NCBI GenBank assembly: GCA_041082215.1
Contig: JBDOIF010000076.1
Coordinates: 1 to 33,676, forward strand
Direction of reading: 5' to 3'
DNA length: 33,676 nucleotides
Origin: Anaerolineae bacterium
GTDB taxonomy: Bacteria > Chloroflexota > Anaerolineae > B4-G1 > DUEL01
A program made the translations under genes and the position numbers. The notes beneath the pieces were generated by a model, which worked only from the letters and a program-made list of their open reading frames with translations, searched no databases and had not been told where the DNA came from. How positions within the stretch are numbered: position 1 is the stretch's first letter; the number at the start of each line of letters is the position of its first letter. Shown here in pieces: positions 16,920 through 24,484 of the stretch.

Positions 16920-18311
16920 CTATGGCTGGAAGAAGAAGCCGTTGCTTTCTTCGCGGACAAAGACGAGCACATCCCCTTCCTGCAGCCCTTCGAGCACCTG
17001 GCTGTAGCCTTCGTAGCGAACCCCCAGCCGGATGTCCACCCGCTGAGGCCCTTCGGGGGTCTGCCGGTAGACGTAAGGCCGACCGGTAGTCTGGTCTATG
17101 CGGACCGTCCAGTTGGGGATGAGGAGCTGGTCAGTCAGTTCTTCCACCATGATGACGGCGGTGGCGGTCAGACCAGCGCGGAGGGGGACGTCGGTGGGGT
17201 CCAGGGCGATGACCACGGGGTAGGAAACGGCTCCCTGGTCCTGTGTCGCCGCCGGGCCGATCCGCTCGACGGTGCCGGTAAAGGTCTGGTCGGGCAGGGC
17301 ATCCACCGTTATCTCCACCGGCAGGCCAACTTTGAGTTTGCCGATATCAATTTCGTCCACACTGATGGTGATATGGAAGGCGGAGAGGTCCACCAGAGAG
17401 ATGGCAGGCAGGCCGGCAGGGGGGCTCTCACCGGCGGTGATGTTGACCGCCGAAACGATCCCGTCGAAAGGAGCGACCAGGGTAGCCTTCTCCAGATCGC
17501 CCTGAGCCTTTTCCAGAGACAGCCGGGCTGCCTCCACTTCCAGTTGAGCGGCCTCCAGGTCCAGCGGGTCTGCCCCTTCCAGCAGCCTCTGGAGCCGGTC
17601 CTGCGCCTCCTGATACGCCTGGCGGGCCCGTTCCACCTCATTGCGGGCATTTTCTACCTGCAGGTTAGCCTGCTGCTGAAGCCGGGAGAGGGCCAGCTGG
17701 GCGTCGTCCAGTCGCTGCTTCGCCTGGTCCACGAACCAGTAGGAGGCCTCGTCCTTATTATACTTTTCCAGCCAGTAGTTGTAATCATTGAGGGCCTCTT
17801 CGTAGGCCGATTGGGCGTCCTCCAGAGCCTCGTTGAGAAGGGTGCTGGAAAGGACAGAGGTAAGGTTAATCTGGGCCACCTCCAGGGCGGCGGCCGCCTG
17901 GTCCACCGTGTGCTGGGCCTGGCGGATCTCCGCCTCATCGGCAGGCTTCTGCAGCCGTTCGAGGCGGAGCTGAGCCTGCTGGAGGTTGAGCTGGGCCTGG
18001 GCAAGGGCCCGTTCCAGGTCGGCCGTCTCCAGGCGGGCCAGCGGCTGGCCGGCGCGGACCTGGTCGCCCAGGTCCACCAGCACCTCCTGGACGCGCCCGG
18101 CCAGGCCGAAGGTGAGGTCCACGTCGGCCTCCGGCTCGATGCGGCCGCTGGCGGTGACGGTGACCTGGAGCGTCCCCCGCTCCACGACGGCGGTGCGAGG
18201 CTCTTCGGCGGGGTTACGGGCCGCGGCCCTGCGCCACAAGAAAAGGCCGCCGATGACCAGGATGACGGCCACGACGGCCAGGACGATCCAGCGATTACGG
18301 TTTTTCCTCAT
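16920..18311 (-). CDS. Efflux membrane-fusion/adaptor protein (MacA/YknX-like) with a long coiled coil
   Basis: N-terminal TM, lipoyl half-motifs 'GRVQEVLVDLGDQVRAGQPLA' and 'LVAPFDGIV', long helical hairpin, beta-barrel/MP domain. Confidence 0.92.
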   Translation of the reverse strand: MRKNRNRWIVLAVVAVILVIGGLFLWRRAAARNPAEEPRTAVVERGTLQVTVTASGRIEPEADVDLTFGLAGRVQEVLVDLGDQVRAGQPLARLETADLERALAQAQLNLQQAQLRLERLQKPADEAEIRQAQHTVDQAAAALEVAQINLTSVLSSTLLNEALEDAQSAYEEALNDYNYWLEKYNKDEASYWFVDQAKQRLDDAQLALSRLQQQANLQVENARNEVERARQAYQEAQDRLQRLLEGADPLDLEAAQLEVEAARLSLEKAQGDLEKATLVAPFDGIVSAVNITAGESPPAGLPAISLVDLSAFHITISVDEIDIGKLKVGLPVEITVDALPDQTFTGTVERIGPAATQDQGAVSYPVVIALDPTDVPLRAGLTATAVIMVEELTDQLLIPNWTVRIDQTTGRPYVYRQTPEGPQRVDIRLGVRYEGYSQVLEGLQEGDVLVFVREESNGFFFQP

Positions 18312-18582
18312 CTACTACCTCCGGTGTTTCGGCGATTTCTGCGAGGCCCTCTGCTATCATCTGACGGGCCAGTTCGGCCCAGCGGCAAAGCACCCGGCTG
18401 ACAACCGCAGCGCGGATCAGGAGAACTCCCGCTCCGGGTCCGGCCAGGACCAGCAGCTTCTCTCCGACCTCGATGTTGAGGTCCCGCCGCGCCTGGGCAG
18501 GAATGACGATCTGGCCACGGTCGCTCACGGTGACCGTGCCGTAGAACTGAATCCCTTGCCGGTCGGCTGTCTCGTCCATCAT
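18295..18582 (-). CDS. AbrB/MazE/SpoVT-family DNA-binding protein
   Basis: 'FYGTVTVSDRGQIVIPAQARRDLNIEVGEKLLV' matches the AbrB fold. Start is ATG 18582 or 18579 after GAGG; overlaps the adaptor gene by 17 bp. Confidence 0.88.
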   Translation of the reverse strand: MMDETADRQGIQFYGTVTVSDRGQIVIPAQARRDLNIEVGEKLLVLAGPGAGVLLIRAAVVSRVLCRWAELARQMIAEGLAEIAETPEVVDEEKP

Positions 18583-18663
18583 GCCTCGATTCCTGCGTAT
18601 ATGCAGCCCACCCTTCCTCCCTGGTTGAACAGGGGGCGGGTGGTCGGCCTCTTTTCTTATTTT

Positions 18664-18708
18664 TCTTGTAAACAAGACATATTATACCTCGAAAAGGCGG
18701 GAAGTCAA
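18664..18708 (-). promoter_or_regulatory. Promoter of the abrB-efflux operon with a palindromic operator at about +1
   Basis: Minus strand TTGACT(18708-18703)-16 nt-TATAAT(18686-18681); palindrome TCTTGT-AA-ACAAGA at 18664-18677. Confidence 0.7.
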
Positions 18709-18727
18709 GCCTGCCGACCAAAGTTAA

Positions 18728-18757
18728 CATTGTCTTTGATGGACAATGCGATATAAT
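18728..18757 (+). promoter_or_regulatory. Divergent promoter with a 7-7-7 palindrome over -35
   Basis: TTGTCT(18730-35)-16 nt-TATAAT(18752-57); CATTGTC-N7-GACAATG at 18728-18748. Confidence 0.6.
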
Positions 18758-18795
18758 GGGGTCCGGTTCATCAGGGCCATAGGGAGGCAACCGGG

Positions 18796-19290
18796 GTGGA
18801 TTCCGTACTGGCGCTGGGCTGCGTACTGGTCAAATCCTCCTCGACGCTGCACATGACTTCTGACCCCAGAGAGCGGAAGGCGGCGGCCATCTTCATCGCG
18901 GTCTTTGGCGCTCTGTGTCTGGTGACGGTCCTGCTCGTGCCGTTCCCCCGCCTGGGCTGGGCGGGGGTGGCCGTCTTCGGGTGTGCTGGCACAGCCTGCC
19001 TGCTCCTCGCCTTCCTCACCTGGCAGTGCTGGACAGAACTGGAGTTCGACATCCCCCAGGGCCAGATCGTCCGTCGTCGCCTCTGCCTGGGACGGGTGCG
19101 GTCCGTTTCACTCCTGCCTTTGGGCCAGTTGAAAACAGTCAGGGCCTTTGAAAACAAGCAGGGGGTTGGCGAATTGCAACTGATTCGGACGGATGGCAGG
19201 GTCTGGGCGAAATGGCTCTTCCTGGCCAGCCCGATGGCCGAAGAGGCCCAACGGGAAATCCTGACCTGGTTGCGTGAGCATTCCGAATAG
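18796..19290 (+). CDS. Hypothetical membrane protein (2 TM plus small beta-rich domain)
   Basis: SD AGGGAGG before GTG; two hydrophobic helices, then a beta-rich segment reminiscent of bacterial PH-like domains. Confidence 0.65.
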   Translation: MDSVLALGCVLVKSSSTLHMTSDPRERKAAAIFIAVFGALCLVTVLLVPFPRLGWAGVAVFGCAGTACLLLAFLTWQCWTELEFDIPQGQIVRRRLCLGRVRSVSLLPLGQLKTVRAFENKQGVGELQLIRTDGRVWAKWLFLASPMAEEAQREILTWLREHSE

Positions 19291-19300
19291 GGGTCCATAG

Positions 19301-21091
19301 ATGTCCGGTCGTCCGGTCAGCCGCCCATCCCTTTTCTCCCCCATCGCCGACGCCGCTGCCCGGTGGGAGCTTCTCTGGCCGCTCCCGCTGGTGGCAGTGG
19401 GCGTGGCGGGGATCACCTCCTTCCCCCTTGTGGTCGGCGCGCTCACCCTGGCGCTGGTGCCCTGGCTGGCGCGGATTCTGGCGCGACGACGCCCCAGCCG
19501 CCCGCCCGTCGTCGGCGGGGGGCTGGCCCTGCTGACCGCCGGTGCGCTGGTGGGGGTGGGGGTAAGCTACGACCGCACTCTGAGCTGGCCTGCCCTGCTG
19601 ACCCTCCTGGGCAGTCTGGCCCTTTTCTTTGCCCTTCTCAACACGCCGACCCCGCCCCGTCGAGTGGGGGTGGCGCTGGTGGCCGTGGCGGCCCTGGGCG
19701 CCCTTTACTTCGTCGGTCAGTACGCCTACTTTGACTATCCACAGGAGGTGGGGAGACTGGCCCGATTGGGGCGGTTCACCGGCTCCCTCCTGCCGGACCT
19801 GACCTTCTTCACCCCTCACCCCAACGCAGCGGCGGCCTTTCTGGAAGGGCTGCTCCCGCTCAGCCTGGTGCTGGCCGCACAGTCGCGGAGGATAGGGCGT
19901 CTGGCGGGGGGCGCGACGGCGGTCCTCCTGGCCTACGGACTGCTCATCTCCGGATCGCGCGGCGCCTGGCTCGGGCTGGCGGCCAGCGCAGCGATCGGAG
20001 TGATGCTTGCCCTCCCCAACTGGAAGTGGCGGGCAGCCCTCAGCAGCGGGGCCGTGGCTCTGACCCTGGGCCTTTCCTATCCCCTTCTCCACCGGCTATC
20101 TGGCAACCCCCTCCTCGGCTCCCTGGCAGAGACCTTCACCAGCCGCCTTATTCTCTACCGAAACAGCCTCCATCTCCTGAAGGACTATCCTCTGACCGGC
20201 ATCGGCCTGGGGGAGGCCTTCGCCATGGTCTATTCCCGTTACCAGCTCCTCATCCGGGTACCCTTCCTCACCTATCCCCATCAGCTCTTCCTGGCAGTCG
20301 GGCTGGGGTATGGCCTCCTGGGGGTCGGCGGGCTTCTCTGGCTCCTCGTTGGCTTCTACCGCTTCGTGGCGCGGGTGGAACGGGCAGGTCTGGACCTGCA
20401 GGCACGCTCCTTTTTCCGCGCGGCCTGGCTGGGCCCGACTGTCTCCTTTGTCCACGGCCTGACCGATTCGCCCCAGTTCTCCGACTCCCGGTGGACGATG
20501 CCTGTGCTCTTTGCCCTCCTGGGGCTGGCGGTGATGACGGGCAGGGAGGCCCTGGAGCAGGCCGACGAAGAGCGACGGAGAGGGCGGATAGGCTGGCTCC
20601 TCAGCCTCGGCCTCGCCCTGGCCCTGGCCGTCGGGATGGGACGGCCGCTCCTCGCCGCCGGGTGTGCCAACCTGGGCGCCGTCTACCAGACCTGGGCCGA
20701 GCTCCCGCTGGAGGAAGGGGTGCAGACGGTGGAGCTGAGGCAGGCGGTCCGCTGGTTCGAGCAGGCTCTCCGCCTGGACCCCGATCAGCCGACCGCCAAC
20801 CGGCGGCTGGGGATGATCGCCTCAGATAGGGGGGACTTCGGACGGGCCGTGGCCCTGCTGGAGCGGGTCTACCGGCGGGAGCCTGGCAACCAGGCCACGC
20901 TGAAGGCCCTCGGCCTGGCCTATCTGTGGTCAGGGCGGCTGGACGAGGCGGAACCGCTCCTGCGAAGGCTGGACGAACCCGGGGAGATGGTTGAAGAACT
21001 CAACGCCTGGACCTGGTGGTGGCGCACACAGGGCCGGGACGACCTTTCTGCATATGCCAGAGAGATGGCGGACCGGCTGTCAACGCGTTAG
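19301..21091 (+). CDS. O-antigen ligase (Wzy_C)-family membrane protein with C-terminal TPR
   Basis: About 12 TM; HPN motif, 'SGSRGAWLG', 'SRLILY...YPLTGIGLG', 'YPHQLFL...GLLG', 'VHGLTD'; TPR-like tail 'FEQALRLDPDQ...LG'. Confidence 0.85.
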   Translation: MSGRPVSRPSLFSPIADAAARWELLWPLPLVAVGVAGITSFPLVVGALTLALVPWLARILARRRPSRPPVVGGGLALLTAGALVGVGVSYDRTLSWPALLTLLGSLALFFALLNTPTPPRRVGVALVAVAALGALYFVGQYAYFDYPQEVGRLARLGRFTGSLLPDLTFFTPHPNAAAAFLEGLLPLSLVLAAQSRRIGRLAGGATAVLLAYGLLISGSRGAWLGLAASAAIGVMLALPNWKWRAALSSGAVALTLGLSYPLLHRLSGNPLLGSLAETFTSRLILYRNSLHLLKDYPLTGIGLGEAFAMVYSRYQLLIRVPFLTYPHQLFLAVGLGYGLLGVGGLLWLLVGFYRFVARVERAGLDLQARSFFRAAWLGPTVSFVHGLTDSPQFSDSRWTMPVLFALLGLAVMTGREALEQADEERRRGRIGWLLSLGLALALAVGMGRPLLAAGCANLGAVYQTWAELPLEEGVQTVELRQAVRWFEQALRLDPDQPTANRRLGMIASDRGDFGRAVALLERVYRREPGNQATLKALGLAYLWSGRLDEAEPLLRRLDEPGEMVEELNAWTWWWRTQGRDDLSAYAREMADRLSTR

Positions 21092-21100
21092 GAGGGTAAA

Positions 21101-22009
21101 ATGGAAAATCGAATAGTGGACCTGAACACAGCCTCGGTTGAGGAACTGACGAGCCTGCCCGGCATCGGGCCGGCGCTGGCCGAACGCATCATCCGCTATC
21201 GGGAGACCGTCCATCCCTTTGAAGAGCCTGTCGAGATCACGGCGGTCCCCGGCATCAGCGAGAGGATGTATCGGGCCTTCGCCGACCGGCTGACGGTCGT
21301 CCCACCCGAGCCCTCCCCACCCCCGGCGGCGGAAGCCCAACCGCTGGCGGAGGTAGAGGCGCTCACCCCTCCTCCGGAGGAGCTTCCCCCGCTGGAGGAG
21401 GGGCCTCCTCCCGAGGAGAGGGGGATCGGAGCGGAGCCTTCCCCGCCGGAGAAAGCCCCGCTGCCGGCGCAACCCGGCCCTCCTCCCAGGCGGGAGGCCC
21501 CACCCCCCCGGCCGGCCCTTCCGCCTGTCCCTCGACCCCGCTCCCGCCTCTCCTGGCTGGGATCCGTGCTGCTGGGAGGGCTGCTGGGGGGAGTGCTGGG
21601 GATGATCTTCTCCCTTCTGGTCTTCGCCGGGGTCAACGGCTCCCTCGACGTCGGCCACAGCCGGGCGATGGTGAGGATGGAGAACCGGGTGGAGAGCCTC
21701 TCCGCAGCGGTGGACTCACTGCAGGGCGAGGTGGCGGGGCTGCGGCAGCGGCTGGATGTCCTGGAGGGACTGACGGCCCGGATGGAACGGGCGGAGTCGG
21801 CAGTGGAGGAGCTGCGGGGAGAGACGGCGGCCCTCGCCCAGCAGGCTGCCACCCTGGAAGAGGAAGTGAACGCCCTCTCGGAGGACCTGGCGGCTGTTCA
21901 GTCCCATGCGGAGCGGGTGGAGAGCTTCTTCCACCGTCTCCAGGCCCTTATAGGAGAGCTGTTCGGCCAGGAAACACCAGCACCCACTCCTACCCCTCCG
22001 GGTCAATAG
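21101..22009 (+). CDS. ComEA-type helix-hairpin-helix domain + Pro-rich linker + TM + coiled coil
   Basis: SD AGGAGG; 'VDLNTASVEELTSLPGIGPALAERII...VPGISE' is a tandem HhH; then a Pro/Glu linker, a glycine-zipper TM, a heptad coiled coil and a PTPTP tail. Confidence 0.85.
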   Translation: MENRIVDLNTASVEELTSLPGIGPALAERIIRYRETVHPFEEPVEITAVPGISERMYRAFADRLTVVPPEPSPPPAAEAQPLAEVEALTPPPEELPPLEEGPPPEERGIGAEPSPPEKAPLPAQPGPPPRREAPPPRPALPPVPRPRSRLSWLGSVLLGGLLGGVLGMIFSLLVFAGVNGSLDVGHSRAMVRMENRVESLSAAVDSLQGEVAGLRQRLDVLEGLTARMERAESAVEELRGETAALAQQAATLEEEVNALSEDLAAVQSHAERVESFFHRLQALIGELFGQETPAPTPTPPGQ

Positions 22010-22028
22010 CAGGCAAGGAGATGAGAGA

Positions 22029-22862
22029 ATGGACCAGCAACAGACGAACGCTACCGGCAGCCGCATTCTGCGGGGGATCGCGGCCTTCTTCGCCTTCCTC
22101 CTCCGTTTGATCTTCGTCATCGTCCTCGCCATATTGTTGGGAATTGGTATCTACTATGGCGTGCCCTGGGCCTACCGTGCCCTGGTCCAGCCGATTCAGG
22201 ACAACGCCGCCCGGATTACGGCGCTGGAACAGCGGGTTGAGCAGGAGCAGGTCCGTCTTCGGGAGGAGAACCGCCTTCTCCAGGAGCGCGTCGCTGCTCT
22301 GGAGGCCGCGATCACCGAGCTACGCGAAGAGACAGCCCTCCACGCCCAGGCTCAGCAGGAGGCGGAAGAGCGGATCCAGGATGTAGAAGACCGGTCGGCC
22401 CGGATAGGGAGCGCGCTGGAGACCCTGCAACAGGACCTGCAGGAGATGCGGGGGTCTCTGGAGAGTATGGTTGCGGATATGGATCGGTGGTCCGAAAGCT
22501 CCCAGGGGCAGCTGGATGAGCTGGAGGGGCGGCTGGCACTTCTCCAGACGGCGCAGGACCTTTTGAAGGCGCGGCTTTTCCTGCTGGAGGACAACCTCAC
22601 CGGAGCGCGCGACGTTATCCGGCTGGCGGCCAGCCACCTGGATCGGGCCATCATATTGATGCCAGCGCAGACGGACATACTGATGGACCTGCAGGAGAGG
22701 CTGATGGGAATGGATTCCCTCATCGTCAACCACTCCTTCCGCACCCTTCCCGAGCTGGAATCGGTGTGGGCTGCCCTGATCGAGATCGCTGTCCCTCCGC
22801 TGCCCCAGCCCACCCCCACACCGCTTCCTGTCCTTATTCCCACACCGACCCCTGCTCCTTAA
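22029..22862 (+). CDS. Hypothetical bitopic membrane protein with a long coiled coil and Pro/Thr tail
   Basis: SD AAGGAG; N-terminal hydrophobic helix, a long E/Q/L/R heptad region, and the tail PQPTPTP...PTPTPAP. Confidence 0.8.
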   Translation: MDQQQTNATGSRILRGIAAFFAFLLRLIFVIVLAILLGIGIYYGVPWAYRALVQPIQDNAARITALEQRVEQEQVRLREENRLLQERVAALEAAITELREETALHAQAQQEAEERIQDVEDRSARIGSALETLQQDLQEMRGSLESMVADMDRWSESSQGQLDELEGRLALLQTAQDLLKARLFLLEDNLTGARDVIRLAASHLDRAIILMPAQTDILMDLQERLMGMDSLIVNHSFRTLPELESVWAALIEIAVPPLPQPTPTPLPVLIPTPTPAP

Positions 22863-22909
22863 GCCGAGCTTTTCAACCTGCTCTATGCCTGTCCGTGGTG
22901 ACCAGCTAA

Positions 22910-22997
22910 GAGCCTGTTTGAGAACAGTCGTAGGACAGCCTTTCCAGGCTGTCCGAGCAGGCTGGAAAGCCTGCTCTGCGACTTTTCGGATAGGCTC
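22910..22997. repeat. REPIN-like inverted pair of hairpins inside imperfect outer inverted repeats (MITE-like)
   Basis: GTA-GGACAGCCT-ttcc-AGGCTGTCC (22930-54) abuts the inverted copy GAGCAGGCT-ggaa-AGCCTGCTC-TGC (22955-79). Outer arms are GAGCCTGTTTGAGAACAGTCG and CGACTTTTCGGATAGGCTC. Confidence 0.7.
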
Positions 22998-23006
22998 GAA
23001 AGGTTC

Positions 23007-23034
23007 TTGACAGTTATCCTCTGCGTGGTACAAT
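23007..23034 (+). promoter_or_regulatory. Strong sigma70 promoter for the sat operon
   Basis: TTGACA(23007-12)-16 nt-TACAAT(23029-34) with extended -10 TG. Confidence 0.7.
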
Positions 23035-23086
23035 CTACCCGCATAGGTTTACAGACGAAGTCGTAAGGCGCGTTTCCATACGCGTT

Positions 23087-23120
23087 TTCAGTAGGACAAG
23101 CTGAAGCTTGTCCTACTGAA
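23087..23120. repeat. Perfect 16-bp palindrome containing GTAG...CTAC (REP-like)
   Basis: TTCAGTAGGACAAGCT-ga-AGCTTGTCCTACTGAA. Confidence 0.8.
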
Positions 23121-23187
23121 CCCTTATGAGCTGTACAATCAAGCGGTTGTATGTGAACCGGTTATATCACGCAGAAGGAGCAGAGCT

Positions 23188-24384
23188 GTGCACGATCCTT
23201 TCTCGTACGCCATTCGCCCCCACGGAGGGGTGCTGGTGGACCGGGTGCTTCCGGGTGAGCTGCGGGAAGCGGCCCGGGAACGGGCCGCCCGAATGGTCAG
23301 AGTGCCGTTGGGCCGGATGGCCCTTGCCGACCTGGAGCTGCTGGCGGTTGGCGCCTACAGCCCCCTCACCGGCTTTATGCTCAAGGCGGACTACGACCGG
23401 TGCGTCGAAGAGATGCGGCTGACCAACGGCCTGGTCTGGTCCATCCCTATCACCCTGGCGGTGGAGCAGGAACTGGCCGACTCCATCCGGGAGGGGGAGG
23501 AGGTGGCCCTCTGTGAAGGGGAGCGCGTGCTGGCAGTGATGGAAGTCGCCGAGAAATACCCGTATGACCGTGAGGTTAAGGAACGGGAGGCCCGTGAGGT
23601 TTACCGCACCACCGACGAGGCCCACCCCGGGGTGGCCCGGCTCTACCGCCGGGGCGACGTCCTCCTCGGAGGAGACATCTGGCTGGTGGACTGGCCCTCC
23701 GCCGTCCGGACGGAGTTCCCCGAGCTGCGCCACACCCCTGCCCAGACCCGCCGCATGTTCGCCCGGCGGGGCTGGCGCTCCGTGGTGGGCTTCCAGACCC
23801 GCAACCCGATCCACCGCGCCCATGAGTACATCCAGAAAACGGCGCTGGAGATCGTGGATGGGCTGTTTCTCCACCCTCTGGTCGGTGAAACCAAGAAGGA
23901 CGACATCCCCGCCGACGTTTTGATCGCCTCCTATCAGGCCATCCTGCGGGACTATTACCCTCCCGAACGGGTGGTCCTGGGGGTCTTCCCCGCCGCGATG
24001 CGATATGCCGGCCCCCGGGAGGCGATCTTTCACGCCCTGTGCCGCAAGAACTACGGGTGCACGCACTTCATCGTGGGCCGCGACCACGCCGGCGTCGGCA
24101 ACTATTACGGCTCCTACGACGCCCAGAATATCTTTGACGAGTTCCCACCCGACGACATCGGAATCATCCCCCTCCGGTTCGAGCACGCCTTTTATTGCAG
24201 GAAGTGTGGGGGGGTCGTCTCCGCCAAGACCTGCCCCCATGGCCCGGAGGACCGGGTCTTTCTCAGCGGCACCCAGGTACGCCAGATGCTGGAACGGGGG
24301 GAGATGCTTCCCGAAGAGTTCACCCGTCCGGAGGTGGCGCGGATTCTCCTGGAAGGGGTGAGGAATCGGAAACAGGAGGAATAA
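23188..24384 (+). CDS. sat: Sulfate adenylyltransferase (ATP sulfurylase)
   Basis: [35 protein letters not shown], Zn-site CRKC...CPH, SGT; SD AAGGAG before GTG. Confidence 0.97.
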   Translation: MHDPFSYAIRPHGGVLVDRVLPGELREAARERAARMVRVPLGRMALADLELLAVGAYSPLTGFMLKADYDRCVEEMRLTNGLVWSIPITLAVEQELADSIREGEEVALCEGERVLAVMEVAEKYPYDREVKEREAREVYRTTDEAHPGVARLYRRGDVLLGGDIWLVDWPSAVRTEFPELRHTPAQTRRMFARRGWRSVVGFQTRNPIHRAHEYIQKTALEIVDGLFLHPLVGETKKDDIPADVLIASYQAILRDYYPPERVVLGVFPAAMRYAGPREAIFHALCRKNYGCTHFIVGRDHAGVGNYYGSYDAQNIFDEFPPDDIGIIPLRFEHAFYCRKCGGVVSAKTCPHGPEDRVFLSGTQVRQMLERGEMLPEEFTRPEVARILLEGVRNRKQEE

Positions 24385-24386
24385 AG

Positions 24387-24467
24387 CGTCAAGAGTCAAA
24401 CGTCAAGCGTCAAACGTCAGAGGGATGACATATGACGTATGACGTGTGACGTATGACGTGTGACGAA
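24387..24467. repeat. Inverted heptamer tandem arrays: (CGTCAAR)x5 then (TGACGTR)x6
   Basis: cgtcaag agtcaaa cgtcaag cgtcaaa cgtcaga -ggga- tgacata tgacgta tgacgtg tgacgta tgacgtg tgacgaa; fills the sat-phosphodiesterase gap. Confidence 0.9.
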
Positions 24468-24484
24468 TGAGGAAAGGACAGGAT

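Noticed and set aside
16170..18401. 743-aa plus-strand ORF
   Set aside because: Antisense shadow of the ABC ATPase and adaptor genes; no recognisable motifs, and long shadow ORFs are expected in high-GC DNA.
18295..18582. MazE/VapB antitoxin of a TA pair
   Set aside because: The downstream gene is an efflux adaptor, not a PIN or MazF toxin.
23035..23187. SAM riboswitch or T-box in the sat leader; also the AACCGGTT palindrome at 23156-23163 as an operator
   Set aside because: No SAM-I core or T-box motif is recognisable, and an 8-bp palindrome alone is too weak. An Rfam scan would settle it.
24387..24467. Heptamer and CACAGAG arrays as CRISPR
   Set aside because: Units are 7-10 nt with no unique 25-45-nt spacers, and there are no cas genes.
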